NCBI GenBank assembly: GCA_949358305.1
Contig: OX442314.1
Span: 23,870,001 to 23,934,000 of the forward strand
Origin: Strigamia acuminata
Lineage: Eukaryota
Reading direction: 5' to 3'
Length of the DNA stretch: 64,000 nucleotides
In this document: piece after piece, positions 35,942 to 48,211 of the stretch
Position numbering within the stretch: the stretch's first letter is position 1
How the letters are laid out: every line of letters begins with the position of its first letter
Notes under the pieces: generated by a model
Databases searched by the model: none
What the model was told of the DNA's origin: nothing
The model's input: the letters and a program-made list of their open reading frames with translations, nothing else
Program-made: the position numbers and the translations under genes

Positions 35942-37761
35942 AAAGTGTTTATTTTTCCAAACTTTAAAAAGTTTACGTACAATGACAGCAGGTTTTCAAA
36001 CTGGACCAATAATTAAAATTCTAGAAGAATAATTAAAAGTTTTGGCATACCAACTTCTCCGTAAAGCCAATGGAATTTATCACAAACATTTTCCTTTTTA
36101 TAAAACAACTAAACTCGCCATTAAACTGCAATCAGGTTTTTGTGAATCAGCTTCGTGGGCAGCCAAGAACAAGCGATACTGCATTCGAAGGAATTTCCTC
36201 CCTAAAGCCGCTGTTAATTATGTTAACGAGTAAAAATAATCAATTCGAGCACGATTCAAGTCAAACACAATAGTACCTTGATAAACATTATATGCTCCTC
36301 CCACGCCAACATAAACAAACAAAATGGCCACAGCTGGCCAACATCTAACCGATTTATCTCTACTTGCATAATCTAACACCATATGGCATTGTGTACGCAA
36401 GAATGTGCCCAAATCCCATACAAACATTGTATACACGCCTTCGATTAATTCATTATTTAATTTTAACCTTTTAAATCCAAGCCTTAAGCGGAAACTCCGG
36501 GCCAGCTGCTTCTGATAAAGGACATTTGCGTTTCGCTTTCCGAGCCCACACGAGACCAATAAAATCAATTTGCACTGAGGAATTTCCATGATGATTTCGC
36601 AGATTAACGATCACCTTCTTACGTCACCACAAACCATTAAAATAATTGTTCCGAGTAAAACCCATTAAGAACACAGAGACCCCTTAAAGCGGATCATGTT
36701 TAAATTTAAGCCTATTGGAATGTGCACAACTTGTGATAAACTGTTAATAAAGCTCGACGACCCAACAATATGAAGACACAAACGTCAAATGAAAACGCAG
36801 TTTCCTTTCTGACGCCAAAAAGAAGCAGCTGGTCTCTGACCAGCATTGTTGGCACGACGCCCGCGTTCTGCACCGAATTCCACGTCCTTGCAACTCCAGT
36901 AAATGACAGAGAGGAGGAAAATTTGCAAGGAAAAAAAATTAAATTTTTGGAAAAGAAAAAGAAAAATAGAAAAAAAAAGTGTCTCAGACATGGTCGAGTT
37001 CACTTACCCCCTCCAATTTAAGGCTTAGGTTAGACATTTTTTTTTGTGCGTTTTTATTCATACAAGAAAAAGAAAGAAAGTTCCATCCTTGAGGGTGTTG
37101 CGCAACACTTGAATTGTTTTGTTTTTTTGTATTCTCCTAGTTGACTTCCTCGTGGTTCCACCTACACCCTGAATCATTCACATTTCTACCAACATGTGGA
37201 GCTGTGGAAAAATCTTCAACACGCTTTTAGAGGGTAGACAAGATTCAAGGTCTCAGACTTAACAACTTTCAATTCAATTTCTTTTTTATTTATGGATATT
37301 TCCAACAGATGGGAGTAAGAAGGGTGAATGAAGTTGTTGAAAAGGTAAAGGCTCACCCTTCAAAGATTAAGGGAATGAGGCATCCTCACTTCGAGATCCC
37401 TTTAACTACTTGGTTCGAGAAACTCGATTTCTAGACACATTTTCAACACACGAATAAATTTCATATTTCTTTGATAATCAAATCTACAAGTATCTACTTG
37501 AAAAATTGTGCATAAATCAAATTCCGCAAAGCGCAATGCAAATTTCAAATACGCTGCTTGTCTCGATCTAACTTCAAAAATGGCGGTTGATTTGGTCTGT
37601 TTTCAGTCGCAGTGGGCATGCGCACGACATTTAAACAACAAAACAAGTTCTAAACTGCAATTTTAAATATGCTTTATAAACGTTTTTAAATATTTTCCAT
37701 AAATACGCGTTTAGACTGGTTTAAAGAAGATAAGTCAAGACTTTTCGGATGCCGCTACAGT

Positions 37762-38045
37762 TTGATACTAAATTCGTACTGCGCATCCCATTCTGCGCAG
37801 ACGATTTTCTAATTCCAGTTGTTATTTAGCAGCATTAAGCCTAATGTTAGGCCTAATAATGCTAAAATAAAGTCAATAAAATCATTATTAAAAGTAATTT
37901 ACAGCGTAGTACCAAAATATTTTTATTTATTTACCTTATTTTTAGTATTATTAGGCCTAATGTTAGGTATAATACTGCTGAATAACAACTGGAATTAGAA
38001 AATCGTCTGCGCAGAATGGGATGCGCAGTACGAATTTAGCATCAA
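37762..38045. mobile_element. Palindromic MITE with ~110-bp arms
   Basis: ttgatactaaattcgtactgcgcatcccattctgcgcagacgattttctaattccagttgttatt... mirrored at 37940-38045. Confidence 0.85.
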
Positions 38046-39647
38046 GATACCGGGCGCGAACTCTAGTGTATTTAAAAGTGACGTTGAAACCGCTTTTCGG
38101 GTTTATTTCGGGAAAGACACTTTTTGCTTTGATTATGGATAAAGCGTTTATGACTGTAAAAGCACTTTGTCTTTATTACGGAAAAAGTTCAAAGTACCTA
38201 GTGTTTATTACACTTTTTAGTATAATAAGTAACGTTTATCACGCTGCTACTTAAATGCTGTCTCGTATTCGAAGAACGTGTGTGATTCAACACGTGTGAT
38301 TGATTTGTTTTTAAAAAACTATAATTAAAATGTCAATTTCAGCAAAAATAATGTTGTTTTTTCTCCGAATTTTACCGGTAATTACATATTCCACTCAGAA
38401 AATCAAAACAATTTCAAAACTTCATTCATCTCATTTATTTCATTTTTGTCACGAAATTGTAAACAAACAGGAAAATATTTCTTATATTTTTCCAATTTGT
38501 ATAATTATTTCCCCAGCCAATCGTTTAAATATCCAAAAAACAACGCAACATTTCCCCTTATCAGCTTCTAATTAGTTCAATTGTCACCCACTGTGTGGCT
38601 GACAAAAGAATAGTTTTTCTTTTTCTCGCTTAGGCAATCCTCCCACGTGTACCGGTTTTTTCTACTTTGCTTAAAAGAAGAAAAAAATTGCTTTGTGGCA
38701 AAAATAACCCTGCAATATCTTTCCTTCACTACTAAATGTCCACACACATCAGGATTTCAAACCCAACACGATAAATCAATCAATTAATCAACAAAAAATA
38801 AAAACAACACAAAACCAATCACGAATTAACATTTCCCCAACACCCAAACACAACTATACACATTCAATCGACTAAATCCGACCTTTCAAGGCACCTTTTT
38901 CTTCAACGATAGACCCCATAAACCCCATAAACCAAACACCAATAAGTTTACAATAAATACTCTCAAGACTGCAGAAAAACCAATCCCAAACTCCCCAAAC
39001 ACAACAAAAATTAACCAATCCATTAAAAAAATCTAATAAACAACTAAATAACTCTTTCGAGGCCCCATCTTGTCTTATTATTTCCAAACCTAAAAAAAAA
39101 AAACACCTGAAAAGTGCTTTAAATTTCCAATTTCATTTTGTTTATGGCGAGTACTACAACTCATATCCCACAATGGAAACCATAAAACTTTTGCTGTGCA
39201 ATAAAAATGTTGAATCCCGCACACAAACCTATCTGCATGTTTATCCACTGCTCCAAACTGTTTATTTAGACTTACTAGCCATCAAGCCTTCCTTGCTTGC
39301 TCGCTCATCTGTCTAATGCCAGTTGAAAACTGAACAGAATCAAAACCAAGCCGTAGATGCCTACGCTTACTCATTCACTGAAGATGAGGATGTCTCGTTC
39401 ACCATCACCTGCACCTCTCAACTCATCCTCTAACAGCTGCTCAACAGCTGCCCAACAATGCATCCACAACATAAATTTCACTTTCACCTACACCAAGGTG
39501 CAAAAATGTAAAAACCACACCAATTTAGCTCATTAAAGCCCACGAGTGGACACATTTAACGACCCATTTCCATGATACGCACTTTTTCGTGCCAAACCGT
39601 ACCGGTACGTTTGTTTTGCCCCGTTTTTCTTTGCTTTTTCCATTTAC

Positions 39648-39720
39648 CTTGGCAGTATTTACAGTGGCTCTGCGTGTCCACCTTCTTGTTGTTATTGGTG
39701 GTCGCTTGGCAATCCAACAT
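39648..39720 (-). CDS. Mrtf: Candidate MRTF first coding exon B (MLDCQATTNNNKKVDTQSHCKYCQ)
   Basis: ATG at 39720 after an in-frame TAG, 73 nt, donor AAG|gtaaat, phase 1 fits the acceptor at 17785; lies in a GC-rich island. Confidence 0.45.
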
Positions 39721-42601
39721 GACGGCCAACTAATCAAACTATTGTCGTTTTGGCACTGTCCATGTCCATTGCAAATCCATTGGCAGACATTAGTGACGTC
39801 AAAGTAGATGGTGCATGTCGTTGTGTTGGCAACTTCACTCCTAAGTTCCCAAGTGTTGGAGTGCTGGCAAGCACAGTCTTACCTGTGCTGCCAGTCAGCT
39901 GGCAAAAAGGAAGAGGAAGTCGCACGCGCATCCGACTGCGCAACATGTGTGGCGTGTTCATTAACTCCCTCATTTAGCAGCAATGGGAGCGGTCCGAAAA
40001 AGCAGACGCCACAAACTCCTGGTGCCAGGCGCCATCCCACCAGCTGATGCTCGCAAACCAAAACTGCTCTCTGCGACTCTTTAAACGTGATTTAATCCGT
40101 GCAAATTGCAAATCACAAACCTATCCCAACATTTTTATTCCATTTCTTTTCCATTTTTTTATTTTAATTTTTAGACAAAAAAAAATAAAAAATCTGACGT
40201 CGATTTCGGTTCGTTCTTCGTCGCGTGACACTTTAATTTTTCATTTTATTTTTATTTTTTATTTTCGTATTTTTTGTCATTTCTTTCATCCATTGCATCC
40301 TAAAATACCCCTTTCTATTTCGAACACGAACAACGACGATAAGGAACCAATCATTAAACGCGTTTCAAGTCGTTGCGACCGGTCGGGGCCAATGCAGCGA
40401 CCCGAGACATTTCCCCGTGCCAATCGTTGGCATTTTGCCTTTATTCTTGATTTACATCTACTACTTTTGTAGAGCGTGACTAAGTAATTCAGTAGTTTTC
40501 CCATCACTAAATCCGTGTCTATAGGCTACCCAATTGGCAGTTACCGTAAATCCTCTAATAGAACGCGGGATCCCCATCCAACGCGCCTCTAAATTGACCA
40601 AAACGACTAAATTCAATATCCAAATCAACCAAAACGACTAAAGAACTCTAAATTAAATAGTTAGAGAAATCTAATCCTGGTCACGGCACCAAAATGTTTC
40701 TTTCCAGCGTTAATGCCACGGACATTTACAATAAATTTACAATTTATCAAGATATAAACCAACCAAAAATGCAAAAACTTAGCCAGATTTTATACACATA
40801 CATATACATGCAAAAATATATAAGTATACGCAATTAAATCCCCAAAAGAATACAATTTAAACACAATAAAATTGCGCCCAATTACAGGTCAAGTGCATTC
40901 GAGTGTTAAGCTCGAGCTAAGTGATTTGTGTTGTTGTCTTCTGCCATTGATATACAATATTAACCCTTTTTTAGCAGACTTACAACAGGATGTGCGTTGC
41001 ATCATGGCATTCTGATAACGTTAATTTACCACTCATGGGAGTGTGAAACAGTTTTTAATGCATTACCAGGAAATAGACACATTTTTTGTTTGTCTTTTGT
41101 CCGCAGAGCTTTGCTGCATTGCACGATAAAAATGAAATAAAAGTTTAACTTCTCACAGGAATTTCTCAAAATATCAGTTTTAATGACTCTTTTTTGCACT
41201 AACTTCCCACAAATTTAATAATATAGTTAAACGCCGCCTAACTTGTGTGAAAACACACTTATAAGCACACGTGCAACTTGTAGCTCATCAAAATTTACAT
41301 GATAAACCGGCAAACAACGAGCTACACGTGTACGTACACATGTTTCTTGACGTGTTGACAGGTTTAAACTCTAATTACATTATTCCATGTCATGTAATTA
41401 AATTTCATAATGAATACATTCCAAAAGTTTGTTTGCTTGTGGCGACTGGTGGCTACTGTCGACGTATTCCCACATTCCGGCAATAAATTATCAACTTAAT
41501 ATAATAGACCAAGACCGCAAAGTGAGAAATTAGCCTCTTTTAGCATCGTTATCGACTGGAATTTTCACATAGTAAAACATAAATCTTCTAGTTGCCACTT
41601 AAGATTAATCCCAACTATTCCCCCATTGGTTACAACGGACTAACAACAAATTATTATGATTTTCTCGATCCAATTCGTCAAAAAGTTTCGGGTTCACCAC
41701 CCAAAGTGAAAGGAGGAGAAAGGGGAAAAGATCAATAACAAAATGCAAGCATTATCTGCATCATGGTTGATGCTAGTTGCTTGCACGGAAATTGCTAAGT
41801 GCTTTTGACAAGCAAACAGCAAACAGAACAAGCCCGACTTTGATGGCAGTGTTCCAACACTAAAACTCCCTCATGAATGAAAGAGAATGAGCATCGAGCG
41901 ATCTATGCATGAAGTTTGAAAGCGTATTAAGATATTCGTGTAGAATTGCAGATTGTGGGAACCGGTCACAAGCAGCTTTGCCAAATTAATCATTAAAACG
42001 ATGAATATGATGCAGTCATTAGGCGTACTCAAGATTTCTCCCCATCTCCCCAGTTGTTACGGTGATATACGAAATATGTGAAGAGTGCCATCTGTTGCTA
42101 ATAAATTAGCTCAGTGGAAGTTGGAGGAGATCTTAAGGGGCAGGGCGCGCACAACACTGCGGGTGCCAGTGACAAAGTAAAAACATTGCAGTACTGTTTT
42201 TTTTTTCAACAATAGAAGAGCATTCCAAATTCTGAATTTTGGAAAATCAACAGATGTTTTAGCTGCCAATCATACGGTGATGGCGCATTTTCATAGAATT
42301 TTAAATTGAACTTATAACTTATGAATTTTTACTTTGCATTTCTGGCAGGTCCGTTGCTGTACCTGTAGTTGATATTGTGCTGATCCCAAGGGCGCCTAAA
42401 GTTAAAGGTCTGAAATTCCTCCTGGATTCAAATTTAAAAAGAATTTAAACTTTTGTATAGTTTGTCTTTATCTAAAAAATTGAACCTGCCCTCATTATTA
42501 ATGTTCATCATTGCCGTTTATCAAAAAAGGGGATAAGGGAGAAGGCACCAGCACGGAAAAAAACAAGGGTGCACAATACCCTAAGAACGAGCCTGACTTC
42601 C

Positions 42602-42670
42602 GGGATATAGCTCAGATGGTAGAACACCCAACCGACAATCGGGGAATCTGGGTTCAACTCCCTGTGAGAC
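42602..42670 (+). mobile_element. tRNA-derived SINE head or tRNA pseudogene
   Basis: A-box tagctcagatgg and B-box ggttcaactcc at tRNA spacing; the acceptor stem does not pair, so not a functional tRNA. Confidence 0.7.
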
Positions 42671-42817
42671 AAGAAACACAAACGATTACATATTCACTAT
42701 AATGAATGGATCATTTTAGCGCCGTAAAAATCGCTGTATTGACCCGATCGCTAAAACGACATAAAATTATTATTAATTTGTCGTTAACAAATACTTAAAA
42801 TATGTAATATTTATATA

Positions 42818-43430
42818 CAGTGATGGCCAAAAGTTTAGCACCACTACTGTCACTTGCACTATTTTGTGTTTTGACAAAAAAGTAAAGCCTGCAGCATCTT
42901 TCTGATAAAAAATATGAATTCAGCATTAAATTCTGCCTTGGAAAATCATCCATACAGAAAAACGATCCCAATGGTAAAATGGCTTGGGGATGGTTTTCTG
43001 TATGGGTATCGCTACACAACATTGAATTAAGGATATCATGGACCAATCTAATTATAAAAAAGTATTGGAGGATTGTTATGCTTGTAACATGAGTATTGCT
43101 AATGACAACCACACATAGGTAACGTCGAACAAACCGTGCAAACGTTATCTACACATGAAAAGATTTCTTCATGAACCCTTGGGTTCTAGAAGTTTCTGGT
43201 TTTAATGTATACCCTTGGCTAATCTTAAGCCAATTCAATGAAAATACACTTTTCAGCTTCTGATTTGCAAAATATCCGCTTAATCCTTAATGAGAACGCC
43301 AATCCTGATTCCTAAGTCTGATAAATTGACCCAAATGAGTAAGTTCTTATCAACTTTGGATGGGTTTCCGCTCCTATGAAAAATGCACCTTTAGGTCAGC
43401 TTGAAGACAGCTGTGCTCCGATATGTATAG
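42818..43430 (+). mobile_element. Degenerate Tc1-like transposon relic
   Basis: TA|cagtgatggccaaaagt terminus; remnants MAWGWFS (Tc1 MVWGCFS) and IKDIMDQSNYKK near 42979-43065. Right end approximate. Confidence 0.6.
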
Positions 43431-46400
43431 TCCTATCTTCACCGCTTAGAAACTCACAGTTCCTTGACCACCACACGTTTAAAAATAAAAACCAATTTAA
43501 ATTAACTAAACTAATCAGATTCAAACTGAGAAAAACCACATTGTTTTTCTCAAATCCCAACTAAAATAAAACTTATCTTCATTTTCTTTTTTAAAATGTA
43601 CAAAACGAAAACAAGAAACAGTTTTAAATCCATTATCAACTCGCTTCAAAAAAAAAATTTTTTCCCTCTACTTTTTTGCCCTCCAAAATGGAATTAGAAC
43701 CCAGCAACAAATTTCAACACCGCCTAACTATGAGCTAAAGGCAACAGATGTGAAGTGCCGTTAGTTTATAGAAAAAAAGGTGAAAGCAACAATTGACACT
43801 AAAGCCAGTCGCTGGACGAGGAAAGGTGCCAAGTTCTGACTGGCTAAGTATTTTTTCAGCATGCACCGAAGACAGAAAGAAAGAGATTTGTCACACAAAC
43901 TGTCTAAATAATGTGCCCACTCATTGGCAGGACACATTCAAGGTTAACTATATTTAAAAGCTCTCCTTGCCCCCTCATATTGTATGCTCCAGCAAACCCA
44001 ATGACTCCTTGATTGCAAATCCCATCAAATCTAGACAAAATAAAGACTATACAGTCAGCCAAATTGCAACACTTTCCAGACTCGATGCGATTTCAACTTA
44101 CATCACTTCATCCAATGTTCCCTATATACATTTAATTATTCTGCACCTTTAAATGAGTAATTAGGCTAAAAATCAACGTCATTGGCACGCGTTGAGTAAA
44201 TTTTCTACATTTTTTTAATGTGGAATGTCCTCTGCATTTGTCGTGGTGCATTCAACTACTGAACAAGTGAAGAGTACTTGTATAACATGCAGTACATCAT
44301 TTCCAATATAAATGCCAGATCAAAAAGAACTAGGAGATGAACGATCAGGCTTTAAATATATATATATTTACTGATGTTTGGCAATTTTCCAACACAAAAA
44401 GAATATAGAAACTCACTTTTAATGCAAAAATTCAAAAGGTGACAAAAAATGCTTCATATTTCAGAACTGTAAATGGCCGAAGAACACACAACCATTAATT
44501 GCAATTAGTGACTGTAAAAACATTTTTTTCTCTCTTTAATTGCTAATCCTTTTATTCATGTATCAACATAATAAGGTAATTATGGATACAGTAAACATGT
44601 TTATCATTTATTTATGTTGTGAAAAAAATTAATTATTTTTTTTTACTGACAGAAATGTTGTAATGCGGAAAAGAGGATTTATCATAGCTTAAAATAGACC
44701 GGCAACGTCATAAAATATGAAATCATAAAGTCTCTAAAGATGTAAACATGAATCAGTTTTCTACTAATATTGGCATACAATTGTTATTAATATTGCAACA
44801 GGTCACTGTAAGGGCTCTCAAAAAAACTAAATAAATAAATAAATGTATAAAACATGCGTATAGTTCACTCGGGTAAAAGCAGTTGTACTAGCTGCATTCA
44901 AAAACTCTAAAACGTATGCAAAACTCGTTTCGTGTCTGTACATGTGACGTCATTCCCATTGAACTGAGTAGACTAAAATTTCAAACCTTTTTTTCTCAAA
45001 ACTTTTCAGTATAAAATAATTTTTTTAAGAACAGTTCTAGACTAATTAGATGGTTCTCTACAACTTGCAATTGACATTTTTTGCGTAGCATTGTTGGTTT
45101 AAAAGTTACGAGTTGCAAAACAGTGATGCAACAATGTCACATGAATTTAACATGTTTCGTTGAATTCGTCACATGTCATTTACTTAAATTCATAATCAAA
45201 AGTATTTTTAAATTTACATGATTGTGAAATAATTCACCTGGTAGGTGTTCGGCAGGACACCCTGTATTTTTAACGCGTTGTTAATTGATAAAAAACATAA
45301 AATAATAATAATAATATAATAAAGGCGAATCCTGTTTTGTTTCTTCGATGTTATTTTCATAGTGGGCAAGAGTTTGGCGCGCTATGAACTGAAATCAAGT
45401 TGCCGTCTGGGGGTCTCCAAACGCTTAAATTTACCACTGTTCATTTATTACACTCCTAGTCGTCTTTCAAAAAAAAATTTTAAAAACTAAATAGGTCACC
45501 AATTGATCCTTAGAAGGCTTTCCATTTATCTTAAAAACTCACACAAACTTGTGATAAACCCTGCCAGACTGCACCACTCATGAAACCAAAGTAGTAACCT
45601 TATTTCTTATGTAACTGATTAAAAACAACAAACCTTTCATAAGTCTTAAATTCAAGATTACCTATCTTTTCCAACCACATCATTCATTTTCAATTAAAAA
45701 AATTTCACAAAACTCCTCCAACACCAACACCAGAAAAATCCCACATTTCTATACAAGTTAAAACTAAATTAACAATTGCTGCTTTTCACTTCTGCATTGG
45801 TATTTCTTTACGTTCCACCATTTAATCTACTACCCCATTAAATCAAAACATAGAGGAGCACTCTTTAAAATCACCGACAAAAAACTGCAATTCCAATAAA
45901 ACGGCGCAATTTATCGGCATCGACAATCGTCCTGGCGCAGATAAAACCGAGCCAAATGCACGTTTAATGATGAATCAGTGTGTTGTGTTGCGAGTTTGTA
46001 GATGTGGAGCCAAGACCTCGCATCCTTGCACACCTGACGGCTTCTCTCGCAAAAAAACAACGATTTAAGTTAAGTAAAAAAATCGCTTGCAATGCCAAAA
46101 ACACTGGGCAACCGTTCAGCTATGTTAGGCTTATATCATTCTTTGCGCCATTAACTTTTAAAAGATACATATCATTCACTTTCTTTCTCTCTTATAACAC
46201 ATTTTTTTTATATTAAAAAAAGATTTAAGGTATGCAAGGTGTTTGCAAATGCAAAAATTAGAAATGAAATGGCAGTATATTAGATTCAATATTCAAAACA
46301 AGGTTAATTTTAAACCACTGTCAGTAATCCAAAGATTCCAAATTAAGCAGAAAAAAGGAAGAGTACACTTTCGCAGCGCCATCTGAAGGTGACTAAAGTG

Positions 46401-46721
46401 GGACGAAAATGGCGGCTGTCACTAATTTTGACTAGACCGACAGCTAAGTCGTAAACTGTCTCAGTCTAGAAGAACTTGTTGCTGATTCAATATCATAGAC
46501 AGGATAAAATCTTGTGACGAACCATCTGTTGCCCAGCTATCATAAACTAACAGGAAATCACAAAATTAGAAACATTTCCCCGCTTAATGATGTGTGCTAC
46601 TGCTTCAAGCGGCTTAAAGAGCAAATGCACAGTCATTTCTAATTAATAATTGCATCCAGTAATTAAAACCAACTTGATCTACAATAGTTTAATCTGACCC
46701 GGAACATCTCCAGTACATATA

Positions 46722-47019
46722 CTACGTTTACATGCACCGAATATTTTGAGTGGAGAATAATTCGAGTGGTGAAAAAAACGAATTGTTGTGTTTACATGCA
46801 GAAAATAATTCGTGATCACTTTCGGTCTTCGACCAATGGGGAAGTACCGGGAGCGATGCGCGCATGCGCAATAAAAATAGTTCGAGTTCACTCGAATTAA
46901 ACAACCTTCTGCGAAGGATTATTCACTATTCGAATAATCCTTTTCATCCCTGTTTACATGATAATTGTGCACACGGAATATTTCATCTCACTCGAAATAT
47001 TCCGTGCATGTAAACACAG
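46722..47019. mobile_element. MITE, copy 1 (copy 2 inverted at 58011-58307)
   Basis: TIRs ctacgtttacatgca / tgcatgtaaacacag, TA-flanked; homologous ORFs in the track (MNSNYFYC...). Confidence 0.85.
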
Positions 47020-47724
47020 TAATAGTTAGATTTTCGTGTCAATTGAGTTTCAGAGTTTTCAGTCTATTTTGGATTTCCATTGGTGCTTTAGTTATTACAC
47101 AAGCAGGTCACGCGTGCAATGCACGGAAAAGTTACATCAAAGCATTTAGTAAAGCGGATCCCGGTGCGTTTGCACCCATTAAAGCGCTTTTCGTAATGTC
47201 CCTAAAACGTGATGTCGTGCTAAGTCATCATTTGTTGTACCAAGTTCACACCAATGGATCTAAATTGGCTGCGTGTACAGAAGTGCTTAAAAAATCGTAC
47301 AATGCATTTTTTGCAGAATTTTTTTTATTAGACTAAATAAGACATACAGAAGCACAAAAATAAATTTTGGGACCATTATACATAAAACAACTTTTATTTT
47401 ACAGCCATTTACATCATTTTTTGACATCTGCATGGCGTGGAATCCACCAACATAGCTACAGTGGGGGGCAAAACTAAGTTAACAAACGTGTCACGTTGAA
47501 ATGTTTTTACATTCCCAATGGAAAAATTTAAACTTCTGTGGTCTGCTAAGATGATCTAGTTCCTCATAAAGTTGTTCAATGGGATTTAAGTCAGTATTTT
47601 GCGATGGCCACTCTAGAAGTTAAATATTTATGGTCTTCATTCAGTCTTTGACGCGTTTTGGATCATTGTCCCGGTGAAAAATCCATCAACCAGGTATTTT
47701 AGCTTGTCATGGAGGCAGAGTTTG

Positions 47725-48124
47725 TGTAAAATCCAGATTTGGATTTAATGTTTAGTAATGATTTCAATTTATGTTTAATTTTAGTGTTTTATTTCGAAAA
47801 GTGTTTTAAGTCTCTTTGTAATTGTTTTTATCGAATATCGAATTGTATTGGTAATGTTTTAACGACAATAGTGTTTTTTGATCGAGGGACACCAAGAGTG
47901 CCCTCTGGTGTGTAATCTGTAATTTTGACCGGTCCTTGTTAACCGGAAGTTAACCCCGTTTTTGGGATTGACCACCATCTTTTTTACCTGTATCATCGTG
48001 TGTCACCACGCGATTTTCCTTGTTAAAATCTTCAACGATTAAAATTAGTTAAGTTTAAAAATACGTCTCAAATTGTTGCTCGCGCGTGCTGCAATCGCAG
48101 CTAGATTATTTCGAAGTCTCGAAA
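47725..48124 (+). repeat. 5' LTR
   Basis: tgtaaaatccag...gtctcgaaa, direct repeat of 53450-53849. Confidence 0.97.
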
Positions 48125-48125
48125 T

Positions 48126-48143
48126 TGGTGCCGAAACCCGGGA
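48126..48143 (+). other. Primer binding site complementary to the tRNA-Phe 3' end
   Basis: tggtgccgaaacccggga is the reverse complement of the animal tRNA-Phe 3' end UCCCGGGUUUCGGCACCA. Confidence 0.9.
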
Positions 48144-48211
48144 GAAAAATCCAGGAACCTGAAGAACTGAAATCTATAAAAACCGCAAGTAAAATTTGAG
48201 AAAAATAAAAA

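Noticed and set aside
42602..42670. Functional tRNA gene
   Set aside because: The acceptor stem does not pair and the anticodon stem is broken; treated as a SINE head.
12210..47400. CArG boxes suggesting SRF/MRTF autoregulation
   Set aside because: Only CC(W)5GG or CC(W)7GG near-matches were seen by eye; the scan was not exhaustive.
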